From Flavobacteriales bacterium (GTDB taxonomy: Bacteria; Bacteroidota; Bacteroidia; Flavobacteriales_F; PHOS-HE28), in contig JBATND010000351.1 in NCBI GenBank assembly GCA_049290175.1, forward strand, positions 1 through 44,243: DNA of 44,243 nt, in the 5' to 3' direction. This document shows positions 1 to 8,911 of this stretch, in pieces (the first letter of the stretch is position 1; every line of letters starts with the position of its first letter). The position numbers were made by a program, and so were the translations under genes. The notes under the pieces are model-generated. The model saw nothing but the letters and a program-made list of their open reading frames with translations. It searched no databases and was not told the DNA's origin.

Positions 1-844
1 CAAGGATCGATGCCTTGAAGTTGTCGCGCTCGTCGTGGATCCAGCAGTCGTTGGGCGAGAAGTCAGGGCCGATGTCGATGATGCGCGGCTTCATCTCCTT
101 GATGCAGATGCCCTTGGTGCCGTTCGCGAAGGTGAGCGGCTTGCCCTGCTCCACGAAGAGCGTGTTCGTGGGCTTGTTCGCCTTCTCCGTGAAGACCTCG
201 AAGGCGCCATCGTTGAAGACGTTGCAGTTCTGGTAGATCTCCACGAGCGAGGTGCCGCGGTGCGCATCGGCGCGGGCCAGCACTTCGCGCATGTGCTTCG
301 GATCGCGGTCCATGCTGCGGGCGATGAATGTGCCATCGGCTCCTTTCACCAGCGCGAGCGGATTGAACGGATGATCGGTGCTTCCCATCGGCGTGCTGCG
401 CGTCACGGCGCCTTCGGGCGAGGTGGGCGAGTACTGTCCTTTGGTAAGGCCGTAGATCTCGTTGTTGAAGAGCAGCACGTTCACATCAACGTTGCGGCGC
501 AGCAAGTGGATGATGTGGTTGCCACCGATGCTGAGCGCGTCGCCATCGCCGGTGATCATCCACACGCTGAGGTCGGGGCGTACGCTCCGCAAGCCGCTCA
601 CGATGGCCGGCGCGCGCCCGTGGATGCCGTGCAAACCATAGGTATCGAGGTAGTACGGGAAGCGCGAGCTGCAGCCGATGCCGCTGATGAAGACCACTTC
701 TTCCTTCTTCTTGCCGCTTTGCTCCAGCAGCGTTTGCACCTGCTTCAGGATGCTGTAGTCGCCGCAGCCGGGGCACCAGCGCACTTCTTGGTCGGAGGAG
801 AAATCGATCTTCTCCGTCGCAACGGTTCCATTCACGGCGCTCAT
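1..844 (-). CDS. korB: 2-oxoacid:ferredoxin oxidoreductase subunit beta (3' end truncated by window edge)
   Basis: Absent from the ORF track because it runs off the window. My minus-strand translation from the ATG at 844-842 gives [37 protein letters not shown]...[11 protein letters not shown]...[22 protein letters not shown]. It shows the CPGCGD motif and the TPP-binding GDG motif typical of KorB. ATGA overlap with the korA stop. Confidence 0.9.
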   Translation of the reverse strand, partial: MSAVNGTVATEKIDFSSDQEVRWCPGCGDYSILKQVQTLLEQSGKKKEEVVFISGIGCSSRFPYYLDTYGLHGIHGRAPAIVSGLRSVRPDLSVWMITGDGDALSIGGNHIIHLLRRNVDVNVLLFNNEIYGLTKGQYSPTSPEGAVTRSTPMGSTDHPFNPLALVKGADGTFIARSMDRDPKHMREVLARADAHRGTSLVEIYQNCNVFNDGAFEVFTEKANKPTNTLFVEQGKPLTFANGTKGICIKEMKPRIIDIGPDFSPNDCWIHDERDNFKASIL

Positions 845-2745
845 CGCTTCATCATGTTGAGCACGGCTTCCTTGATCTCCGCGCTGGTGAAAGGCAATCC
901 TTGGATCTTGTTCAGGCCCTGCGCGTCCACGAGGAACTCGGCGCGCAGCATCTGGCGCAACTGGCCGCTGTTCATCTCGGGCACCAGTACCTGCTTGTAC
1001 TTCTTCAGCAATGGCCCCAGACCTTTATTGAAAGGGAACATGTGCCTGATGTGGACGTGCGCCACGCTGTGCCCTTCCGCCTGCAACTCAAGTGCGGCTG
1101 TGCGGATCGCGCCATAGGTGCTGCCCCAACCCACCACGAGCAATTCACCTTCTGGCGGACCGCTATCCAATCGTATCGGCTTGAAGCGATCGGCGATGCG
1201 CGCGACTTTCTCGGCACGCAGGCGCACCATCAGCTCGTGGTTCTTCGGCTCATAGCTGATGTTGCCGGTCTTGTCCTGCTTCTCGATGCCGCCAATGCGA
1301 TGCTGCAGGCCAGGTTGACCGGGCAAAGCCCACGGGCGCACGCCGCGCTCGTCTCTGGCGTATGGCAGAAACTTGCCCGAGGCGTCGTGCATGTCCGCCA
1401 AGGATCGCTTCGCGGCTCCTTCGTCGCCGCTCGCGATGACCATTGGCGCTTGAATGTCCGGCAGATCCTGCGACTGCGGGAAGCGCCAAGGCTCTGCGCC
1501 GTTGGCGATGTAGCCATCGGTGAGCAGGATCACGGGCGTCATGTGCTCCAGCGCGATCTGCACCGCTTCGAAGGCCATCTCGAAACAATCGATGGGCGTG
1601 CTGGCAGCGATCACGGGAATCGGCGCTTCGCCATTGCGACCGAAGACCGCTTGCCAGAGATCGGCTTGTTCTGTCTTGGTCGGCAAGCCCGTGCTTGGGC
1701 CGCCGCGCTGCACATTCACGATCACCAAAGGCAGCTCCAGCATGAATGCCAAGCCCATCGCCTCGGTCTTCAATGCGATGCCCGGTCCGCTGCTGGCCGT
1801 GATGCCGATGGCCCCGCCATAGCTGGCACCGATGGCGCTGCTGATGGCTGCGATCTCGTCCTCCGCCTGGAAGGTGACCACGCCGAAATTCTTGTGGCGC
1901 GAGAGTTCGTGGAGAATGTCGCTCGCGGGAGTGATCGGATAACTGCCGTAGAAGAGATCGAGCTTCGCCTTCTGCGCAGCGGCAATGAGGCCAAGCGCAG
2001 TGCCTTGGTTGCCGGTGATGCTGCGATAGGTGCCCTTCGGCATCGGCGCGGGCTTCACCTCGAATCGCGTGGTGAAGGTCTCGCTGGTATCGCCGAAGTG
2101 ATAACCCGCGAGCAACGCCTTCCGGTTGGCATCGAGCAGCTCGGGCTTCTTGCCGAACTTCTTCTCGAGGAAGCGCTCGGTGAGGCCGTTGTCGCGGTTG
2201 TACATCCAGTTGATGAAACCGAGCACGAACATGTTCTTGCAGCGGTCCTTCTCCTTCATGCCGAGCGTGGTGCCCTCGAGCGCCGCACGCGTCAATTTGG
2301 TCACATCAACGCTATGGAGCGAGTACTGCGCAAGCGTACCGTCCGTAAGCGGATCGGCCTCATCGATGTAGCCCGCGAGTCGCAGGTTCTTCTTGTCGAA
2401 GCCGTCGCTATTGGCGATGATGCTGCCACCGGGCTTCAGCTTGCCGAGGTTGGCCTTGAGCGCTGCGGCGTTCATCACCACCAGCACATCGCACTGGTCG
2501 CCGGGCGTGAAGATCTCGACGCTTCCGAAGTGCAGCTGGAAGCCGCTCACGCCGGCCAGTGTGCCTTGCGGTGCGCGGATCTCGGCCGGGAAATTCGGGA
2601 AGGTGCTCACATCGTTGCCGAAGAGCGCACTGCTGTCGGTGAACTGGCTGCCGGTGAGTTGGATGCCATCGCCGCTATCGCCGGCGAAGAGGATGACCAC
2701 GTTGCGCCGTTCCTCGACGGGCTTGGTCCGTGTAGGGGTTTCCAT
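841..2745 (-). CDS. korA: 2-oxoacid:ferredoxin oxidoreductase subunit alpha
   Basis: 634-aa ORF. The N-terminus [20 protein letters not shown]...[19 protein letters not shown] and the central [15 protein letters not shown] motif are typical of KorA. It sits directly upstream of korB. Confidence 0.93.
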   Translation of the reverse strand: METPTRTKPVEERRNVVILFAGDSGDGIQLTGSQFTDSSALFGNDVSTFPNFPAEIRAPQGTLAGVSGFQLHFGSVEIFTPGDQCDVLVVMNAAALKANLGKLKPGGSIIANSDGFDKKNLRLAGYIDEADPLTDGTLAQYSLHSVDVTKLTRAALEGTTLGMKEKDRCKNMFVLGFINWMYNRDNGLTERFLEKKFGKKPELLDANRKALLAGYHFGDTSETFTTRFEVKPAPMPKGTYRSITGNQGTALGLIAAAQKAKLDLFYGSYPITPASDILHELSRHKNFGVVTFQAEDEIAAISSAIGASYGGAIGITASSGPGIALKTEAMGLAFMLELPLVIVNVQRGGPSTGLPTKTEQADLWQAVFGRNGEAPIPVIAASTPIDCFEMAFEAVQIALEHMTPVILLTDGYIANGAEPWRFPQSQDLPDIQAPMVIASGDEGAAKRSLADMHDASGKFLPYARDERGVRPWALPGQPGLQHRIGGIEKQDKTGNISYEPKNHELMVRLRAEKVARIADRFKPIRLDSGPPEGELLVVGWGSTYGAIRTAALELQAEGHSVAHVHIRHMFPFNKGLGPLLKKYKQVLVPEMNSGQLRQMLRAEFLVDAQGLNKIQGLPFTSAEIKEAVLNMMKR

Positions 2746-2881
2746 GAATCGCTGCGCGAAGGTAGCCGGGCCGGGTCGCGGGCCGGTGATTCACGTCACG
2801 CGGCGGGAGAACCACTTACGGGCTGTGGTTGTTCGCCGCAGGTCGCACGGGCTACATTTGGTGGGCCGAAACGAACGCATC

Positions 2882-3115
2882 ATGCTGAACTGGCGCGACC
2901 ACATCACCTCTGATCCGGCCATCATGGTCGGAAAACCGTGCATAAAAGGCACCCGCATCCCTGTGGATCTCATTTTAGAAGAGCTCGCGCATGGCAGGGA
3001 GATATTCGACTTGATCGAGAGTTATCCACGGCTGAAGGCAGATGATGTGAAGGCAAGCCTTCAGTTCGCAGCGGAGTACTTGCGCGACATTACGGTTTAT
3101 CCTGCAGCATCCTGA
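2882..3115 (+). CDS. DUF433-domain protein (putative antitoxin)
   Basis: Only the last 77 codons of the 2393..3115 ORF look real: MLNWRDHITSDPAIMVGKPCIKGTRIPVDLILEELAHG. The GKPCIKGTRI core is the DUF433 signature. The upstream part of that ORF is antisense to korA. Confidence 0.75.
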   Translation: MLNWRDHITSDPAIMVGKPCIKGTRIPVDLILEELAHGREIFDLIESYPRLKADDVKASLQFAAEYLRDITVYPAAS

Positions 3116-3121
3116 TCGGAA

Positions 3122-3475
3122 ATGCTCATCGTTGCCGATGAAGATGTGGATGCCGGAATCGTTCGCGCATTGCGTGAGGATGGATTCGAAGTGCGCTACA
3201 TCGCTGAAGCGTCCCCAAGTATGAAGGACCCATCTGTGCTTGCAACCGCCATTGAACTGAATGCGCTGTTGATAACGCAAGACAAAGGATTCGGCCGCCT
3301 GGTCCGCAGATATGGCATGCCATCGGGCGGCGTAGTGCTGGTGCGACTCATTGGTTGGTCGTCGAAGTCAAAGGCTGAGAGCGTTCGCGCTTTCTTCAAG
3401 GATTATGGCCACACCATGCAAGGAACATATGCCGTTTTGGAGCCGGGCAGGACTCGTACAGCGCGGTGGCCTTGA
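3122..3475 (+). CDS. DUF5615 / Mut7-C-like PIN-fold protein (putative toxin)
   Basis: 117 aa, MLIVADEDVDAGIVRALREDGFEV...LLITQDKGFG. This is the usual N-terminal acidic PIN-like pattern found paired with DUF433. It starts 6 nt after the DUF433 gene. Confidence 0.7.
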   Translation: MLIVADEDVDAGIVRALREDGFEVRYIAEASPSMKDPSVLATAIELNALLITQDKGFGRLVRRYGMPSGGVVLVRLIGWSSKSKAESVRAFFKDYGHTMQGTYAVLEPGRTRTARWP

Positions 3476-3483
3476 CTATCGCC

Positions 3484-3747
3484 CTACGCCTCCACCCCCA
3501 GGTTCACCGCCTCCACCCTCTTCACCTGAGGCGCCACGCGCTTGATCGCTTCCTCGACACCGGCCTTCATCGTCATGGGTACCATGGCGCAGCCGAGGCA
3601 ATTGCCATGCAGCCGCACACGCGCAACGCCATCAGCCGTCACCTCATCCAAGGTGATGTCGCCGCCATCGGCCTCTAAGAAGGGGCGCAACTCGGCCAGC
3701 GCTTCGCGGATGCGCGCTTCGGTGACTTCGTGATCGTTGAGGCTCAT
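3484..3747 (-). CDS. NifU-like Fe-S cluster assembly domain protein
   Basis: 87 aa with LRPFLEADGGDITLDEV...RLHGNCLGCAMVPMTMKAGVE, the CxxC motif of the NifU C-terminal domain. Confidence 0.9.
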   Translation of the reverse strand: MSLNDHEVTEARIREALAELRPFLEADGGDITLDEVTADGVARVRLHGNCLGCAMVPMTMKAGVEEAIKRVAPQVKRVEAVNLGVEA

Positions 3748-3750
3748 GGT

Positions 3751-4815
3751 TCAGGCGGGCACTGCTTTCAAAACACGATCAGCAACTGCAGCGCAAAGAT
3801 GGCGGAAAGGCGCAGCGGCGGGCGTATCGCCTTGCAGCACCGCAGGACGACCCACATCGCCGGCCTCGCGCACGCTCTGGATCAAGGGCACCTCGCCCAG
3901 GAAGGGCACCTTCAGTTCTTCGGCCAAGGCTTGCGCACCGCCCTTGCCGAAGATGTAATACTTGTTCTCCGGGAGCTCTGCGGGCGTGAACCACGCCATA
4001 TTCTCCACGATGCCGAGCACGGGCACATTCACGCTGGGCAAGCGGAACATGCCTACGCCTTTGCGCGCGTCGATGAGCGCTACCGGTTGCGGCGTGCTCA
4101 CGATGATGGCGCCGCTCAAGGGCACTGCTTGCACGAGAGAGAGGTGGATGTCGCCGGTGCCGGGTGGCAGGTCGATGAGCATGAGATCGAGCTCGCCCCA
4201 ATCCACATCCTTGATCATCTGCTCCAGCGCCTTGGTGGCCATGGGGCCGCGCCACACGATGGCCTGGTCGGTCTGTGCGAAGAAGCCGATGCTCAGCAGT
4301 TTCACGCCGTAGCTCTCCACCGGCACGATCCAATGCTTGCCATCGCGCTCGCGTGTTCCGGGCTTCTCATGCACCACATCGAACATCAGCGGCATGCTCG
4401 GCCCGTAGATGTCGGCGTCGATGAGGCCCACACGCAAACCGCGCGCGGCGAGGCCTGCGGCGAGATTCGAGGTGATGGTGCTCTTACCAACGCCGCCTTT
4501 GCCGCTGGCGATGGCCACGATGTGCTTAACGCCCGGCAGCACCTTGCGCGTGTTGGCGCGTTCGCCGCTAAGCGGAGAGACCTGCACCACCACGCTCAAC
4601 TCCTGCCCCAGTGCCTGCTTCACATTGAAGACCACTGCTTCTTCCATGCGCTTGCGGCTGTGCATGGCGGGATTGCTCACTTCAACATTCACATGGATCG
4701 CATTGCCTTCGATGCGGATGTCGCGCACGAGGTCGAGCGCCACGATGTCCTTCTTCAGGTCGGGCTCGATGATGCGGGAAAGGGCGGAGAGGACGGCGTC
4801 GCGGGTGATGGGCAT
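3751..4815 (-). CDS. mrp: Mrp/NBP35/ApbC family Fe-S cluster carrier ATPase
   Basis: 354 aa. It has an N-terminal DUF59-like segment, the deviant Walker A motif ASGKGGVGKST and DLPPGTGD. It lies immediately upstream of the NifU-like gene. Confidence 0.93.
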   Translation of the reverse strand: MPITRDAVLSALSRIIEPDLKKDIVALDLVRDIRIEGNAIHVNVEVSNPAMHSRKRMEEAVVFNVKQALGQELSVVVQVSPLSGERANTRKVLPGVKHIVAIASGKGGVGKSTITSNLAAGLAARGLRVGLIDADIYGPSMPLMFDVVHEKPGTRERDGKHWIVPVESYGVKLLSIGFFAQTDQAIVWRGPMATKALEQMIKDVDWGELDLMLIDLPPGTGDIHLSLVQAVPLSGAIIVSTPQPVALIDARKGVGMFRLPSVNVPVLGIVENMAWFTPAELPENKYYIFGKGGAQALAEELKVPFLGEVPLIQSVREAGDVGRPAVLQGDTPAAAPFRHLCAAVADRVLKAVPA

Positions 4816-4859
4816 GGCGAATGGTGCGCGAAACTAACGCCGCAAGAAGCCGACGGCGC

Positions 4860-5759
4860 TCAGTGGTGCGCAACGACGAAGCGCGCCGCCCATCGCGCGC
4901 CATGCTCATCAACGAGCTCGGCGAGCAGGACTGAAGTCGCGGAAATTGGCAAAGCCACATCGCGCATTTGTTCATTGACCCTCTTGGTGATCAGTACCCT
5001 CCCCTTGGGATCGCGGATTGTGAGCGCGCCATTTCGAAAGCGATCGGGATAGACCAGCTGCACCACACCTCCTTCCATTCGGGCTTTGAAGCTTGACGCC
5101 GAGGTTTCCCCAAATTCGATTACGCCGACATTGCCGACGAAGCAGTTCGGCGCCGCTTGGTACACGCGGAGACCAAGGCTGTCAACGCATGTTGCGCTAT
5201 AGGTCGTCTCGCAGCCGTCGTGTATGCAAGCGAGGTGGAAGAACGGATGCCAGGTAGAACCGATCCCTTCTACCCAATGCATCGTCCCATACAACGACTC
5301 ATCGGGATCTCCTGTCCAATTCGGATTGAAGCGCATGGTGAATCGCCGACGCGAGATTCCGTTGAGGACGACAGATTCGATGTTCTCCAACTTGAAGGGG
5401 ATGGTCTCAAGCGAGATTCCGGGTTGCACTCCGATGAAAGCGGTGTCGCCGATGGTTAGGGAATAATCATACGCGAGGAACTCCGGGCCTTCAGGTCGGC
5501 GGAAGTAGGTCTTGTCCCCTTCATTCCTATAATACCCCAGGACTGCTGCCCCAATTCCGAGCACTGAATACTCCACTCCATCAATGCTAGCGCTGGTGGG
5601 CATGGAATAGGTCAAAGTTCCTGTGGATGTCCCAATGCCGAAAAGCGTCCACTGGACATTCCACACCGGTTCATCCGAATGCGTGAGGAATGGCTGCTGC
5701 GCCATGGCGGCGATCGAAAGCAGCAGACACCAGGAAAGTGAAGCATAGCGTTTCTTCAT
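4860..5759 (-). CDS. hypothetical secreted protein with probable T9SS C-terminal sorting domain
   Basis: Start moved to MKKRYASLSWCLLLSIAAMAQQ (signal peptide; the ATG at 5759-5757 was checked in the sequence). The C-terminal ~75 aa (VQLVYPDRF...TIRDPKGRVLITKRV...ARFVV) resembles a type-A T9SS CTD. No recognisable catalytic motif. GC is lower than in the flanks. Confidence 0.6.
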   Translation of the reverse strand: MKKRYASLSWCLLLSIAAMAQQPFLTHSDEPVWNVQWTLFGIGTSTGTLTYSMPTSASIDGVEYSVLGIGAAVLGYYRNEGDKTYFRRPEGPEFLAYDYSLTIGDTAFIGVQPGISLETIPFKLENIESVVLNGISRRRFTMRFNPNWTGDPDESLYGTMHWVEGIGSTWHPFFHLACIHDGCETTYSATCVDSLGLRVYQAAPNCFVGNVGVIEFGETSASSFKARMEGGVVQLVYPDRFRNGALTIRDPKGRVLITKRVNEQMRDVALPISATSVLLAELVDEHGARWAARFVVAHH

Positions 5760-5849
5760 CGCAGCAAGGGTTGAGCGAATGTACTCGTAGGCCATGAAGT
5801 AAGGCCACTTCAGCAGGCAACGGCAACATCGAACCGAGATACGTCGAGC

Positions 5850-6740
5850 CTACCCCGCCGCCGTCTCCACCTCCTTGCTCACCTTCTTGAACAAGCCTTG
5901 CAGCACATTGCCGGGTCCGACCTCCACCACTTTGCTGGCTCCATCGGCGAGCATGTTCTGCATGGTCTGCGTCCAACGCACGGGCGCGGTGAGCTGCGCG
6001 ATCAGGTTGGCCTTGATGCGCGCGGGATCGGTATGGGCGCGTGCATCCACGTTCTGGTACACGGGGCAACGCGGGTTCACGATGGGCGTGTAGGCGATGG
6101 CCGCTTCCAACTCGAGGCGCGCGGGTTCCATGAGTGGGCTGTGGAAGGCTCCGCCAACGGGCAGCACGAGCGCGCGCTTCGCACCAGCGGCCTTCATGGC
6201 TTCGCAGGCTGCATTCACGGCATCGATGGTGCCGCTGATCACCAGCTGGCCGGGACAGTTGTAGTTGGCAGCCACCACCACGCCCTTGCCGCCATTGGCG
6301 GTGATATCGGCGCAGATTTCCTCCACTTTGGAGTCTTCCATGCCAAGTATCGCGGCCATTGTGCTGGGCTGCAGCTCGCAAGCCTTCTGCATGGCGTTGG
6401 CGCGCGCGGCCACCAGCTTCATGCCATCGGCGAACTCCATGGCACCTGCTGCAACCAATGCGCTGAACTCACCCAATGAATGTCCTGCGGTCATGGCCGG
6501 CTGGAAGGCATCGCCCATCACCTTGGCCTTCACCACGCTGTGCAGGAAGATGGCGGGCTGCGTCACCTTGGTCTGCTTCAGGTCGGCATCGGTGCCGGTG
6601 AACATCACATCCGTGAGCTTGAAGCCAAGGATATCGTTGGCGTGCTCGAACCAGATGCGCGCGTTGCTATCGGCATCGTACAGGTCCTTGCCCATGCCGG
6701 TGAACTGCGAGCCTTGGCCGGGGAAAACGTAGGCGGTCAT
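5850..6740 (-). CDS. fabD: ACP S-malonyltransferase
   Basis: MTAYVFPGQGSQFTGMGKDLY...GHSLGEFSALVAAG...GAFHSPLM are canonical FabD motifs. The start was trimmed from 6848 to the ATG at 6740-6738. Confidence 0.93.
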   Translation of the reverse strand: MTAYVFPGQGSQFTGMGKDLYDADSNARIWFEHANDILGFKLTDVMFTGTDADLKQTKVTQPAIFLHSVVKAKVMGDAFQPAMTAGHSLGEFSALVAAGAMEFADGMKLVAARANAMQKACELQPSTMAAILGMEDSKVEEICADITANGGKGVVVAANYNCPGQLVISGTIDAVNAACEAMKAAGAKRALVLPVGGAFHSPLMEPARLELEAAIAYTPIVNPRCPVYQNVDARAHTDPARIKANLIAQLTAPVRWTQTMQNMLADGASKVVEVGPGNVLQGLFKKVSKEVETAAG

Positions 6741-6848
6741 GCGTATTTGTGGGATGACGGGTTCGTGGCTATTGCTATGAGGGTTCAACATCGCACCTGT
6801 ACAAACAACCCTCTGGGTTGACCCAACAGATGCGATGATGGATGCCAA

Positions 6849-7574
6849 TCAATCACGCCGCCCGAACAGGCGCAGCAGCATGAGGAAGAGGTTGATGAAA
6901 TCGAGGTAGAGGCTGAGGGCGCCCATGAGGGCCATCTTCTGCGCGGCCTCGGTGCCGGTGGCCACTACATCGCCGAGGCGCTTGAGGCGCTGCATGTCGT
7001 AGGCCGTGAGGCCGGTGAAGATGACCACGCCGAGGATGCTGATCACATAGTCCATCGTGCTGCTGCCGAGGAACATGTTCACCAGCGATGCGATGATGAT
7101 GCCGATGAGGCCGATGAAGAGGATGCTGCCGAGCTTGGTGAGATCGGTCTTGGTGGTGTAGCCCGCAACCGCCATAAGGCCGAAGACTCCGGCGCTCATG
7201 AAGAAGACTGTGCCGACCGAATCCAGCTTGTAGATCCAGAAGATGTATGACAGGCTCATGCCAGTGAGCGCGCTGTAGAGGATGAAGACGGCGAGCAGCA
7301 CGGTGCCGCTCATCTTCTCAACCATGCCGCCCATGAGGAAAACAAGGCCGAGCGGCGCGAACATGACCACCCAGCCCATGATGGTGGGGCTGCCGGTTTC
7401 GGGGCTTCGCAGCATGCTGAAGAGCTCTGTGTTGGTTCCGAAGAGCCAAGCCAATGCACCGCTAATGACCAGCGCGGTGGCCATGTATGCGAACACATGG
7501 CTCAGGAAGGTGCGGACGCTGGTCGCGGGTCCGTAGATCACTTGTCCAGTAGCGGGCATTTGGTGCTGTTCCAT
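6849..7574 (-). CDS. Bax inhibitor-1/YccA family membrane protein
   Basis: 241 aa and multi-pass hydrophobic. It has the typical N-terminal FLSHVFAYMATAL segment and the C-terminal ALSLYLDFINLFLMLLRLFG tail. Confidence 0.88.
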   Translation of the reverse strand: MEQHQMPATGQVIYGPATSVRTFLSHVFAYMATALVISGALAWLFGTNTELFSMLRSPETGSPTIMGWVVMFAPLGLVFLMGGMVEKMSGTVLLAVFILYSALTGMSLSYIFWIYKLDSVGTVFFMSAGVFGLMAVAGYTTKTDLTKLGSILFIGLIGIIIASLVNMFLGSSTMDYVISILGVVIFTGLTAYDMQRLKRLGDVVATGTEAAQKMALMGALSLYLDFINLFLMLLRLFGRRD

Positions 7575-7593
7575 GTTGTGTTGTTTTCGGTAG

Positions 7594-7612
7594 GCCGACC
7601 CAGTGGGTCGGC
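7594..7612 (-). terminator. GC-rich hairpin between folE and the BI-1 gene (weak terminator candidate)
   Basis: An 8-bp perfect stem (GCCGACCC / GGGTCGGC) with a 3-nt loop lies in the 80-nt gap after the folE stop. No U-tract follows it on the minus strand. Confidence 0.25.
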
Positions 7613-7654
7613 GGTACGGTCGGATTGCTTGAGAGCGGGTTTGTCCCTGCCGCG

Positions 7655-8344
7655 CTAATGTAGTCTGGCGCCGATGAGCTTGATGAATTCCTCGCGCGTG
7701 CGTGGATCACTGAGGAAGATGCCGGTGAAGGCGCTGGTGGTGGTCACCGAGTTCTGCTTCTGGATGCCGCGCATCTGCATGCAGAGGTGGGCGCATTCGA
7801 GCACCACGGCCACACCCATGGGCTTCAGGGTGTCGTGCAGGCAATCGCGGATCTGGTCGGTGAGGCGCTCCTGCACCTGCAAGCGGCGCGCGTAGGCATC
7901 CACCACGCGGGGGATCTTGCTCAGGCCGGTGATCCGCCCGTTGGGGATGTAGGCCACGTGCGCTTTTCCAAAGAAGGGCAGCATATGGTGCTCGCACAGG
8001 CTGTACACCTCGATGTCCTTCACCAGCACCATCTGGCTGTAGCTCTCTTTGAAAAGGGCGCTCTTCAGGATGGCCGATGGGTCGAGGTCGTAGCCATGCG
8101 TGAGGAATTGCAGCGCCTTGGCCACGCGCTCGGGCGTCTTCTTCAAGCCTTCGCGCTTCGGGTCCTCGCCGATCTGCTTCAGGATGTCGTCGTAGTGCCC
8201 GCTGATGCGCGCCACGGATTTCGCGTCGTACACATCGATGCGCTCGTAGCCCTCGCCGGTGGTCTCGTGCTCGCTCCCGTCGTCCCGCTGCACGGCGGAA
8301 GTCGGGACGGGTGCGGTGCTTCTCTTGGCTGTTTTACGCGCCAT
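7655..8344 (-). CDS. folE: GTP cyclohydrolase I
   Basis: The [20 protein letters not shown] and QVQERLT motifs are present. The start is ambiguous: 8344 (MARKTAK) or 8356. Either one overlaps the queD 3' end. Confidence 0.9.
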   Translation of the reverse strand: MARKTAKRSTAPVPTSAVQRDDGSEHETTGEGYERIDVYDAKSVARISGHYDDILKQIGEDPKREGLKKTPERVAKALQFLTHGYDLDPSAILKSALFKESYSQMVLVKDIEVYSLCEHHMLPFFGKAHVAYIPNGRITGLSKIPRVVDAYARRLQVQERLTDQIRDCLHDTLKPMGVAVVLECAHLCMQMRGIQKQNSVTTTSAFTGIFLSDPRTREEFIKLIGARLH

Positions 8345-8753
8345 GGTATTCGGCAAAGTTGTTCTCGGTCTCCTGCACTTTCACGCAGTGCAATGCGCAG
8401 CCCAGTGCATGCACCGATGCTTCCAATTGTTCCCAGATGGCCACGCACAGGTTCTCGGTGCTGCTGTAGCGACCGCGCATGAAGGGCACATCCATGTCGA
8501 GGTTCTTGTGATCGAGGTGATCGATGACGCGCTCTTTGATGATGCGGCTCAATTGGCTCAGGTCGGTCACGAAACTGGTTTCGGGATCCTGCTCGCCCTT
8601 CACCGTCACCCAAAGTTCGTAGTTGTGGCCGTGGCCATTCGGGTTGCTGCACTTGCCGAAGACCTCGAGGTTCTTCGCGTCGCTCCAATCGGGTCGGGCC
8701 AAGCGGTGCGAGGCGGCGAAGCGCTCTCGGCGTGTGATGTGGACTTGTGACAT
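8334..8753 (-). CDS. queD: 6-carboxytetrahydropterin synthase / 6-pyruvoyl-tetrahydropterin synthase family
   Basis: 139 aa with FAASHRL...[11 protein letters not shown]...DHKNLD, the PTPS/QueD zinc and catalytic motifs. Confidence 0.9.
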   Translation of the reverse strand: MSQVHITRRERFAASHRLARPDWSDAKNLEVFGKCSNPNGHGHNYELWVTVKGEQDPETSFVTDLSQLSRIIKERVIDHLDHKNLDMDVPFMRGRYSSTENLCVAIWEQLEASVHALGCALHCVKVQETENNFAEYHGA

Positions 8754-8793
8754 GGCTCAGTAACGCCCCGGGCTCTTGATTGTGCGGCCGAAA

Positions 8794-8879
8794 GTAGCCA
8801 GTTGGCAGTAGGCAGTCGGAGGTTCGGTGGTGCTGCATGCGAATGCCCGAACGGCATTTGCCAACTGCCAACTGGCTAC
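8794..8879. repeat. 86-bp palindrome whose arms are tandem heptamers
   Basis: Arms 8794-8815 and 8858-8879 pair at 20 of 22 positions, plus one G-U. The outer 16 bp are perfect, checked base by base. The left arm reads GTAGCCA GTTGGCA GTAGGCA GTCGGAG GTTCGGT. The right arm reads TTGCCAA CTGCCAA CTGGCTA CTGCGAA. An inner GTTCGG/CCGAAC pair and a central GCATGC are also present. Confidence 0.85.
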
Positions 8880-8911
8880 TGCGAACTCCAAGGTCGTTCT
8901 AGTTTCGCGGC

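Noticed and set aside
2393-2881. Upstream 163 codons of the 240-aa ORF 2393..3115.
   Set aside because: This part is antisense to the 5' end of korA and has low-complexity composition. Only the terminal 77 codons form the DUF433 domain.
901-2913. 670-aa plus-strand ORF antisense to korA. Similar long shadow ORFs lie at 3730-5052, 15661-16997, 27110-28870, 30600-31850, 32389-33921, 38252-40057 and 41339-42718.
   Set aside because: Each one lies opposite a gene with unmistakable conserved motifs. Their translations are Ala/Arg/Gly/His/Leu/Val-rich with no recognisable motifs. That is the expected stop-codon-poor antisense frame of a high-GC coding region.
8754-8911. Possible preQ1-type riboswitch upstream of queD.
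   Set aside because: The leader is occupied by a long heptamer-repeat palindrome. I could not recognise the small pseudoknot/hairpin with a conserved loop that I associate with preQ1 aptamers. A covariance-model search (Rfam/Infernal) would be needed, so I make no claim.
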